From IMG/VR virus record IMGVR_UViG_3300026167_000080: 20,000 nucleotides of DNA, one strand, 5' to 3'. The translations under genes and the position numbers were made by a program. This DNA comes from an uncultured virus (IMG/VR IMGVR_UViG_3300026167_000080). Taxonomy: Duplodnaviria; Heunggongvirae; Uroviricota; Caudoviricetes. Below are positions 9,112-16,561 of the stretch, piece by piece. Below the pieces are notes generated by a model that made no database searches, was not told the DNA's origin, and saw only the letters and a list, made by a program, of their open reading frames with translations. Every line of letters starts with the position of its first letter. Positions within the stretch are counted from its first letter, which is position 1.

Positions 9112-9146
9112 CTCTGCTCTTTAATTTATCTATTTGAATTATTAAA

Positions 9147-9704
9147 TTAAAATTTAGTATATTCATGTATGCAATTTTCATTAGCCCATAAAGCTTTATA
9201 AGAAGTCGATATGGTAGACCCCCAATTAGTATGTATTGGACTGGTTAACTCTAATCCAACACTTGAATTCCATTTATCTAATAGTCCTACCTTAGGAATC
9301 CATTTTACTAATCCATGGGTATAGGCTCCTTTAGTATCTCTAATCTTATCTTTAGGTAAAGGACACCAAATCCTTTTAGGACCAGATTCTTCTGACTCTT
9401 CACAAAGATAAACTCTGTCAATAATTACCGTCTTATTGTCTGTGTTTTGATAGAGATGTAGAGATAACCTGATGTTATCTATACACTCGTCTCTTAAATC
9501 TCCAATTAATACATATCCCTTTAAACCTCGACTTACTATAGGGCCCGATGAAGTTGATCTTAAAATCTTTTCACCTATTTTCATAAGCTCTATTCCTTCT
9601 ATATCTTTTAGTCTTTCAACTATAGAACTAAAAACTCCTTCAGGATAATCTTCTAAAGACACTGTTTCTTCTATATTAATAGTTACGGTTCTTGTGGACG
9701 GCAT
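9147..9704 (-). CDS. Hypothetical protein
   Basis: 185-aa ORF co-oriented with neighbours. Confidence 0.7.
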   Translation of the reverse strand: MPSTRTVTINIEETVSLEDYPEGVFSSIVERLKDIEGIELMKIGEKILRSTSSGPIVSRGLKGYVLIGDLRDECIDNIRLSLHLYQNTDNKTVIIDRVYLCEESEESGPKRIWCPLPKDKIRDTKGAYTHGLVKWIPKVGLLDKWNSSVGLELTSPIHTNWGSTISTSYKALWANENCIHEYTKF

Positions 9705-9790
9705 ATCAAACTTATAGATACTGTTTAACTGTTTATTCGAGTATTAATCTCTAAAATCTATATCCCATCCTTTTAGGATTTCTTTGAACC

Positions 9791-9868
9791 AGGATATATC
9801 TTGTCTAATATGTACTTCAATCTGTAATAATTACTTATTGAAATTATTATTAGATCAAGATATATCCT
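9791..9868 (-). promoter_or_regulatory. Long intergenic stem-loop
   Basis: AGGATATATCTTG (9791-9803) / CAAGATATATCCT (9856-9868), continued after a 1-nt bulge by TCTAATA / TATTAGA and an inner TTCAAT / ATTGAA. Confidence 0.7.
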
Positions 9869-9909
9869 CTAAATTTTTATTTAGTTCGTTCAATAAAGAA
9901 TGTGTAAAT

Positions 9910-10425
9910 CTAACTTACACACTCTTTATTGACTGTAGAAAAGTCTAAGAATAATAGTACCTCTTCCACTTGTAGTGGTACTGATCCATTCTTAAATTCT
10001 TCAAGACCCTTTATTCTGGTGTACTCCTCTAAGGTTAATTTTATATGTCTGTCATTGGATAAAACCAATGTATATCCCTCTTGGGTTCTGTTAACCATAA
10101 GAACCTTTAAGGGATTCCAGCTTAACGAACCAGCTAGACTAGTCATACCAGACATTCCTTCTCTTTTATTCCTGAATTCTATGGATTCAGGCTTGAAGAA
10201 ATTGTAAACAGTTTTATCAATCTCTTCTGTAGAAACTTCTCCCCCTATACGAAGGTTGTTTACTATCTTTTCCTCTGTCCATTCATGAGGACTCTTTGCG
10301 TTCCATGGGATGATTACGGTATCTGTTGGGGAGAATTCATAAACGTAATCTCCTCCTACAATCTTAGGAACCCTTAGGACATAAGGACGAGTTCTCTTTT
10401 CCTCTTTTCTTCCTTTACTACTCAT
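9910..10425 (-). CDS. Hypothetical protein
   Basis: 171-aa ORF. Confidence 0.7.
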   Translation of the reverse strand: MSSKGRKEEKRTRPYVLRVPKIVGGDYVYEFSPTDTVIIPWNAKSPHEWTEEKIVNNLRIGGEVSTEEIDKTVYNFFKPESIEFRNKREGMSGMTSLAGSLSWNPLKVLMVNRTQEGYTLVLSNDRHIKLTLEEYTRIKGLEEFKNGSVPLQVEEVLLFLDFSTVNKECVS

Positions 10426-10470
10426 TCTTCTAATTAGCTCTTTGTGGTCATACTTTAACTCCTGTATATC

Positions 10471-10545
10471 TAATACCTAATATCTAATACCTAATATCTA
10501 ATACCTAATATCTAATACTTAATATCTAATACTTAATACCTAATA
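10471..10545. repeat. Heptamer tandem array (TAATAYY)x10 with 14-bp higher-order period
   Basis: TAATACC or TAATACT alternating with TAATATC over 10471-10540. It abuts the 8-bp hairpin ATAAGTCC (10543-10550) / GGACTTAT (10560-10567). Confidence 0.9.
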
Positions 10546-10563
10546 AGTCCATGAGGAAAGGAC

Positions 10564-11211
10564 TTATATTAAAGTTAATTCTTTTCTTTGGGATATGTAT
10601 CTAAGACATTCAAATTTAATACCTTTCTTTAATATATCCTCTTCATCTTTAATAGATATTTGAGCTTCTGTTCTAGATAATAACTCTACTTTACCATCTT
10701 TATTGATGACACAAAATCTGTCATTTATTAAATCTTCTAAAATCTCTTCTAGAACTTCTAATGCATAATGGTCCTCTTTAGGAAAATAATCATAGGTTGA
10801 TATTATTCTTAACTTATCCTGCTTCTCTTTTTCCTCATTAGGATATAAACGCTCCCTTAGTGCTTTTGGGATTAACATTTTATATTCTTCTAAAATTATG
10901 TATCCTCTGATAGGTCGTATTCCTTTTAGTTCAATTTCATATCTCCCTTTATCAGTATCTAATACTAGAAAAGAACTTTTTATTTCCCATTCTTTTAATT
11001 GAACTTCTTTTAAACTTTTCAGCAAAGACCCTCTATTATTTGTCCAGTTATTAATGATTTTAATTATCTCTTCTACTTTAACTGGACCCCCCTCTAGATC
11101 CATGCTTGAATCAGGTCTTATTCTTATTAATGGTCCATTCATTAACCTATATGCAATAGTGCTATCAGTTTTATTTCTTTGAGCGTTATATTTTCTTGCT
11201 TTTAATTTCAT
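10564..11211 (-). CDS. Hypothetical protein
   Basis: 215-aa ORF, very AT-rich. Confidence 0.7.
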   Translation of the reverse strand: MKLKARKYNAQRNKTDSTIAYRLMNGPLIRIRPDSSMDLEGGPVKVEEIIKIINNWTNNRGSLLKSLKEVQLKEWEIKSSFLVLDTDKGRYEIELKGIRPIRGYIILEEYKMLIPKALRERLYPNEEKEKQDKLRIISTYDYFPKEDHYALEVLEEILEDLINDRFCVINKDGKVELLSRTEAQISIKDEEDILKKGIKFECLRYISQRKELTLI

Positions 11212-11264
11212 AATATTTTAATAAATATGGATATGATGGCTTCAATAAAAATAGAAGAAAGATG

Positions 11265-11351
11265 GAAGAAAGATAAGATTAAAGATAGAAGAGAGTCAAG
11301 TTTAAGTTATCTTGAACTCTCTTCCCTCCTAATCTTTAATCCTATTTCTTC
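11265..11351 (-). promoter_or_regulatory. Long imperfect stem-loop 3' of the 216-aa gene
   Basis: Nested IRs: GAAGAAA/TTTCTTC; GATTAAAGAT (11277-11286) / ATCTTTAATC (11332-11341); GAAGAGAGT-CAAG (11288-11300) / CTTG-A-ACTCTCTTC (11311-11324). Confidence 0.65.
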
Positions 11352-11388
11352 TGCTCAAACCTACTTTCATCTTGGCCTGGCACTAATC

Positions 11389-12039
11389 CTATCGCACCGT
11401 ATAACTCGGGACGGGAGCATATTGAGCAGGAGTAGGAGCAGGACTAGGAGTAGGAGTAGGAGAAGACTCCCGTGTACTTTGAGCACGTTCTTCTCGTTCA
11501 CGCTGTTGTTGCTCTCGGAAGTCCTCTACTAAAGGATGTTCAGGAGCCCCTAAACGTAACACAGAGGTTTCCATATTAACCGTCGATGGCCACATCGTAA
11601 TGTTAAAGAAATCGACACGCTGGGTTCCGTCACTTAAATCGAGACCTAAAGTCGCTGGGAGAATCTCCTTGTGAGAAATAATTAACGTAGCCACTTTTGT
11701 ATCTTTCATGGCGGCGTTAACACGAGCGTAGTCTTCTTCTTTCATGTAGAGACGTACAGTGTCACCCTTTTTAATGGGTGCGATACCTAAGTTTTCATCT
11801 GTCTCTTCATACTTCGTTCCGTTGGCTTCACGGACAACTAGGCTCGGAATGCATTGAGCATTACCTTCCGCATTGTCGATAAATTGACCAAGAACTAGTT
11901 TCCAAGGCTCCCCCTTGACCATTACATCCTTAGTATATAAATCGGGATTGTTTTTACCGATATAAAGGGCTACTCGACTAGTAGTCATTACTTGTTTTTG
12001 TTCTTGTTGGGTAGTGGAATTAAATTGGTTGATTTTCAT
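11389..12039 (-). CDS. Hypothetical protein with coiled-coil/Pro-rich tail; probable paralog of 4632-5621
   Basis: 216-aa ORF, GAAGGAAACA-ATG, higher GC than neighbours, tail REQQQREREER...PTPTPSPAPTPA. Confidence 0.8.
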   Translation of the reverse strand: MKINQFNSTTQQEQKQVMTTSRVALYIGKNNPDLYTKDVMVKGEPWKLVLGQFIDNAEGNAQCIPSLVVREANGTKYEETDENLGIAPIKKGDTVRLYMKEEDYARVNAAMKDTKVATLIISHKEILPATLGLDLSDGTQRVDFFNITMWPSTVNMETSVLRLGAPEHPLVEDFREQQQREREERAQSTRESSPTPTPSPAPTPAQYAPVPSYTVR

Positions 12040-12168
12040 TGTTTCCTTCCTGCCTTTTTACTTAGTACATTGATGGTCAATATTTAAGTTGATAACTTAA
12101 ATACGGTTTGATGTTATCTTATATTGACCAAATTGTTTCCTTCTTCCTTGCTCTTTCTATCACTATTC

Positions 12169-12245
12169 GATAGATAGTACCATCTATGTATATAAGATAA
12201 AACTAGAAGTCTCATAAATTATATACATGGATGGTACTATCTATC
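12169..12245. promoter_or_regulatory. 27-bp near-perfect inverted repeat directly downstream of the tilS-like gene
   Basis: GATAGATAGTACCATCTATGTATATAA (12169-12195) / TTATATACATGGATGGTACTATCTATC (12219-12245); one mismatch, 23-nt loop. Confidence 0.8.
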
Positions 12246-12264
12246 TTTCTTTATTTCTACAACT

Positions 12265-12942
12265 CTAACTTAAACTAGCTAATAAAGCCTGGTCTTCTTT
12301 GTCTAAGCTAGTGATATATCTATTTAACCAATCTTCGTATTGATTAGCGAAAGCTCCTTGCATTTGTGAGATGGCTTCTTTGAGCGCTGGGATTAATTTC
12401 TCTACAGCTGCTCTATCACCATGACTATTCTCAGGATCCTCTAAATAAGGAATACTCTTACGAATGACCTCTCTTTTTATATCTTCTTTAGCCATTCGAT
12501 ATAGAGGTCTTACAACCTTTACACCTTGATGATTCCCTATTAAAGGAATAAAACATCTTCGACTATTTTTCAGTCTAGACATTATCCACGAAACTAATTG
12601 ATCTGTTTCATGATGAGCTACTAACAATACAGGTCGTTCATTAGAAGCTGTATTCGTTTTATTTAAGACTCTTGCAAAGAATTTATATCTACTATCCCTC
12701 CAATTAGCTTCCTTATTGTTATTACTACAATCCTTATTATGGATTCCTTCTAACTCACTACTAAGTATTAAAGGTACTTTATATTGATTACAAACCTCCC
12801 TTAATAAATTATCGACTTGATCAGAATATGGATCTCCGTAATGATAATTGATAACTTTAATATTTGCCTTTCTTTCGATAAGACAATGAAGAAGGTACAT
12901 TGAATCAATACCTCCACTTACGGCTAAATAAATATTAGTCAA
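12265..12942 (-). CDS. tilS: tRNA(Ile)-lysidine synthetase-like PP-loop ATPase, N-terminal catalytic domain only
   Basis: LAVSGGIDS (PP-loop), EANWRDSRY, VAHHETDQ, VVRPL, YLEDPEN and a downstream R follow the TilS motif order. TTG start with GAGG RBS. Confidence 0.85.
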   Translation of the reverse strand: MTNIYLAVSGGIDSMYLLHCLIERKANIKVINYHYGDPYSDQVDNLLREVCNQYKVPLILSSELEGIHNKDCSNNNKEANWRDSRYKFFARVLNKTNTASNERPVLLVAHHETDQLVSWIMSRLKNSRRCFIPLIGNHQGVKVVRPLYRMAKEDIKREVIRKSIPYLEDPENSHGDRAAVEKLIPALKEAISQMQGAFANQYEDWLNRYITSLDKEDQALLASLS

Positions 12943-12977
12943 TTTCCTCTCTCTCCCTTCCCTTTTACGATTTAAGT

Positions 12978-13709
12978 TTAAGGTTTTAAACTAGGAACTA
13001 ACTCCTCCTTTATTCTCTGTTTCCTAGACTCAGTCATCACACATTCCTTGATATTCAATCTTAACCATCGACTCATATATACATCTGGCTCATTTTTATT
13101 AAGCCAAGTATCCCATCTAATAGGCTTATAGCTAGAACTAGAATTCTTGACTTCTAAAACAAAAGATTTTAAAGGAATGAATTTTGGATTGACCATATAA
13201 TCATAAACTACTTTAGTTATGATCAATCTCTCATCACTGAATTCTTGATTGAGACCTAATGTAGTTATTAATCTTTTTCCTGCCGGTGTAGCACTACTTA
13301 CTCCCCTTCTTAAATATGGATATTCATTCAGGATATGTGCATATTCCTCTTCTCCTAACACTCTAATTATTTTACTAGAACTGTTACTATTAGGTGAGTG
13401 AGAAGCTTTTATAGCTATATCTGATACTGCAGTGACAAATGATGGAAGAAATGGACCTATCGATTTATTGAAGGCTTTTAGAGACTCCAATAACTCTATT
13501 TCATTTCTCCTCATATATTCGAAAATATCTTTTACTGGTATGTTATAAGGAGTCTTTCTAGTATCAGTAAAGTATATTATTTTATTACTTCTATTGCAGA
13601 CGGGTCTTAAATCTTCCTCGATTATCTTTAAAATATCGGGCCATGTATAACCTTCACAGAATAACCCTTTATTCGATACTAGAATTCCGTCAGGTGTCAG
13701 TTCAATCAT
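12978..13709 (-). CDS. Hypothetical protein
   Basis: 243-aa ORF, tightly spaced with neighbours. Confidence 0.7.
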   Translation of the reverse strand: MIELTPDGILVSNKGLFCEGYTWPDILKIIEEDLRPVCNRSNKIIYFTDTRKTPYNIPVKDIFEYMRRNEIELLESLKAFNKSIGPFLPSFVTAVSDIAIKASHSPNSNSSSKIIRVLGEEEYAHILNEYPYLRRGVSSATPAGKRLITTLGLNQEFSDERLIITKVVYDYMVNPKFIPLKSFVLEVKNSSSSYKPIRWDTWLNKNEPDVYMSRWLRLNIKECVMTESRKQRIKEELVPSLKP

Positions 13710-13715
13710 AGACTT

Positions 13716-14066
13716 TTATAACTTCTTTAAATTATTCAGTTTCTTCTCTATAATTCCTGCAGCCCTTCTTCCTTCATTAGTAATACTAATCAAATCCTCT
13801 CTATACCCCCAAATAGACTCTATTAAACCTTCACTAGCTAATACTTTGGTCATTACGTTTATATCAGCCATTGAAAGACTACGGCCATATTCAATAATAT
13901 GGTGATATAAGTTCTCTTTAGTCTTTGGGCCTGCATAGAGTAAGAGTAGAAATAAAAACTCTAATTCTTTATAACAAGGTTTATTTAAACTCTTGTTAAT
14001 TAAACTAACTATAAACTTACTTGGTCTAACTCTTTTTAACTTCAGACTTTTCAAAAAGGGCAACAT
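13716..14066 (-). CDS. Winged-helix DNA-binding protein, PadR-like
   Basis: LLLLLYAGPKT...LSMADI...LASEGLIESIW...ISITNEGRR fits the PadR wHTH pattern (L-LL--GP...L--EGLIES-W...IT--GR). Confidence 0.6.
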   Translation of the reverse strand: MLPFLKSLKLKRVRPSKFIVSLINKSLNKPCYKELEFLFLLLLYAGPKTKENLYHHIIEYGRSLSMADINVMTKVLASEGLIESIWGYREDLISITNEGRRAAGIIEKKLNNLKKL

Positions 14067-14076
14067 AATAATTACA

Positions 14077-14349
14077 TTAGTAAACTTTTATACATAAACT
14101 TTCCTCTTCCTCTACATTATTCACTTTACCTTTACGTATTATTGGCATTATCTGCTTTCTATTTAGATTACAGATCTTCCTTTTCTCTTTCAAAAGAACT
14201 ATGAAAAATTCACCTACAATTAATATTTTCCACTCTTCATAACTTAACGTTATTGGGTCTTTATGTGTTAGAACCCATTTAGATTCCTCTAACAGTTTAT
14301 CTACATCATATCTAGGACTCTTAATGATTTTTCTTCCTCTTCTTGTCAT
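14077..14349 (-). CDS. Small basic hypothetical protein
   Basis: 90-aa ORF. Confidence 0.6.
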   Translation of the reverse strand: MTRRGRKIIKSPRYDVDKLLEESKWVLTHKDPITLSYEEWKILIVGEFFIVLLKEKRKICNLNRKQIMPIIRKGKVNNVEEEESLCIKVY

Positions 14350-14413
14350 ATCTTACACCCTATACTCTATACCTTACTTTCTTTACCATTTGATATTGAA
14401 TCTATATGCAAAT

Positions 14414-14456
14414 AATATTAGAGATACAACTCAATACCTGTTATATCTCTAATATT
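14414..14456 (-). promoter_or_regulatory. 17-bp stem-loop 3' of the nuclease-like gene
   Basis: AATATTAGAGATACAAC (14414-14430) / GTTATATCTCTAATATT (14440-14456). The single mismatch is G-U on the minus strand. Confidence 0.7.
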
Positions 14457-14471
14457 TATAGACTTGTTAAT

Positions 14472-15224
14472 TTATTTACCTACTCTCATTAACTCTTCGT
14501 TAGTCTTCCACGAACTTAGAATTCTAACGATTTTAGGATATGGTACCTTTCTTTCTAAGGCTACCTGATACTCTTTATAGAGTTTAAAGCCTGCTTTGAC
14601 CATTAAAGGTACTAAGACCTTTAATAACTCTTTAGGACCTTCCTCATTCCAAGAGCGGACGAATACTGTATTGACACAGTCAATATTTGACACACCAAAC
14701 TTAGCAGCTGCAGAGATTACTCCCGCCTCACTACCCTTTACTTGGAAGAAGTAACAAGCTCCACTAGGATGTTGGACAGCAATGTCTACACCGAATAAAT
14801 CATCCGCTGGCGAGAACTGTTGTGAACGAACTAGCTCCTTCACCTCAAACATCTTTAGGATGCTTGCTACTAATTCTTCATTCAAGTCCCCTCTTCTCTG
14901 TCTCAAGGCATGACTCGTAGGATCACCGTCCCATGAAGAAGCATCTCTTCTTGGATCTAATTCAGCATCATAATCACTTTGGCTTGCCAACTTGACAAGA
15001 TTATAAGAGGTTGACGAGACCTCAATTAATTGCTCTAGTTTATTTCCTGATGAATCAAATGCTCCCGCTAACTCTATAGATGAAGATGAAGCCTTGGAGG
15101 TAGAAGCATTTGTAACCTTTTTAATATACTTTTTAGTCCGCTCTGATCTCTTTAAAGGACGCTCTACTTTATGTCCTTTATGGGCTTTGGTGTCCTTTTC
15201 CTTTAATACTAATCCAGTAACCAT
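14472..15224 (-). CDS. PD-(D/E)XK-like nuclease with basic, low-complexity N-terminus
   Basis: RRGDLNEELV (motif I G--E), DDLFGVDIAV (motif II D), YFFQVKGS (Q-x-K motif III variant). Confidence 0.6.
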   Translation of the reverse strand: MVTGLVLKEKDTKAHKGHKVERPLKRSERTKKYIKKVTNASTSKASSSSIELAGAFDSSGNKLEQLIEVSSTSYNLVKLASQSDYDAELDPRRDASSWDGDPTSHALRQRRGDLNEELVASILKMFEVKELVRSQQFSPADDLFGVDIAVQHPSGACYFFQVKGSEAGVISAAAKFGVSNIDCVNTVFVRSWNEEGPKELLKVLVPLMVKAGFKLYKEYQVALERKVPYPKIVRILSSWKTNEELMRVGK

Positions 15225-15277
15225 CTTTCCTTTATCCTTTCTCTTTCCTTTCTTTTATTTAATATCTTCTTTAACAA

Positions 15278-15338
15278 GAATAATGAATGACTGTAATATT
15301 TCTATCTTATATGTATGAATTACAATCATTCATTATTC
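15278..15338 (-). promoter_or_regulatory. 20-bp stem-loop overlapping the stop codon of the 140-aa gene
   Basis: GAATAATGAATGACTGTAAT (15278-15297) / ATTACAATCATTCATTATTC (15319-15338). The single mismatch is G-U on the minus strand; 21-nt loop. Confidence 0.75.
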
Positions 15339-15748
15339 ATAAACTTCATGAGTCTATCCCAGACTATCCGAAGTTTACAAGGCATCTCTTCTTTCTCTTC
15401 TAATCCTTTAACCTTAGTATGAGAAGGAGAATACGTATGAGAATGAGAATGAGAAAGAAATAACTCTTCCAGTAACTCATGGATATTAGAATTCTTATAT
15501 ATATATCCTTGATTCACATCCTCATATAACTCGTTAATACTATTCTGTATAATCCTTGTTAGTTCATCATAAGGCGGTTTGCCATTGTATTTACTCCTTT
15601 CTATCTTACTCTTGCATTCTTCATATAGAGTAGTCGCGTCTTTAATAAACGATGAGGGAGGTACTCCCCCTCTAGGATCACTCTTATAGTAATTGTCTAT
15701 ATATAACTCTCTGGCGATCCTAAGTATATCTGGATTATTTAATGACAT
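15326..15748 (-). CDS. Hypothetical protein
   Basis: 140-aa ORF with AAAGGT RBS; contains an SHSHSH repeat. Confidence 0.7.
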   Translation of the reverse strand: MSLNNPDILRIARELYIDNYYKSDPRGGVPPSSFIKDATTLYEECKSKIERSKYNGKPPYDELTRIIQNSINELYEDVNQGYIYKNSNIHELLEELFLSHSHSHTYSPSHTKVKGLEEKEEMPCKLRIVWDRLMKFMNNE

Positions 15749-15762
15749 ACTTTTTAACCTTT

Positions 15763-16251
15763 CTAACCGTTCTCATCATCATTGTCATCGTTATCATTAT
15801 CCTCTTTTATATACTCCCAAATTGATGATGTGAGTATAGAAGATAGTTGATGTTTCTGCTCCTTTCTCAAACTGATAAACTCCGTACACCATTCTTTTAT
15901 ACTCTCAGCAGAGGCGGCAATTCCTTTCCCACTGAATCCCATATAAACTCTTTCTGATGCACAGAAAACTACAAATACAAATACATTTAAATTAATACGT
16001 TTTGAGTGGATCTCAAAAGGTCCACTAATAAAATCTCCGTCCTGTCGCGTATAGAGAGCTTCTATATCGACTTTTACTACCTTCGGGTCCTCGTATTTAT
16101 CTAGGTTAACACTGAACTGCTGTTGGTAATATATGGCTATACCAAGTCCATCTGACTCATGCTTATCGTGTCTGAATCTTAAAACCCAATCTCCTTCTAA
16201 AATATAATCTTGAGTTGGGGTTCCATTAGGGCCTAATATGAAACTGTTCAT
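15763..16251 (-). CDS. Hypothetical protein with acidic tail
   Basis: 162-aa ORF ending EDNDNDDNDDENG. Confidence 0.7.
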   Translation of the reverse strand: MNSFILGPNGTPTQDYILEGDWVLRFRHDKHESDGLGIAIYYQQQFSVNLDKYEDPKVVKVDIEALYTRQDGDFISGPFEIHSKRINLNVFVFVVFCASERVYMGFSGKGIAASAESIKEWCTEFISLRKEQKHQLSSILTSSIWEYIKEDNDNDDNDDENG

Positions 16252-16263
16252 TCTTTCTATTAA

Positions 16264-16545
16264 TTAGTTCTTATCTTTGATGAATGACCAACCTTTAGGA
16301 AAGTCTTTATAACATCTCTCCTTCGGTGTAAGGGGAATTAAAAGAGGTAAAGACATTTTCTGTTGAAGTCTTTCTTCTAACTGCTTTAATTTCTTTAATC
16401 TCTCTCTTCTAATCCTAAAAAAGATTGAAAGACTTTCTAGACTGGCTCTCTCATACAACTCTATTCTATCGACAGCTACTTCAAGTGATAATATTATTAC
16501 CTCTTCTTGAATCTCCTTATGTACGAATTTATAAAGTACGACCAT
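16264..16545 (-). CDS. Small hypothetical protein
   Basis: 93-aa ORF with GAGGTG RBS. Confidence 0.7.
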   Translation of the reverse strand: MVVLYKFVHKEIQEEVIILSLEVAVDRIELYERASLESLSIFFRIRRERLKKLKQLEERLQQKMSLPLLIPLTPKERCYKDFPKGWSFIKDKN

Positions 16546-16561
16546 TAGGACACACCTCTAT

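Noticed and set aside
10471..10545. Tandem arrays as a CRISPR array
   Set aside because: The units are 5-18 bp, contiguous and have no unique spacers. No cas genes are present.
10543..10567. ATGAG...GAAA in a hairpin loop as a hammerhead ribozyme
   Set aside because: The CUGAUGA core and the three-helix arrangement are absent.
12169..12245. Long inverted repeats as IS/MITE ends or canonical intrinsic terminators
   Set aside because: There is no transposase, the arms are not shared between loci, and no target-site duplication directly flanks them. The stems are AT-rich with large loops and no U-tract.
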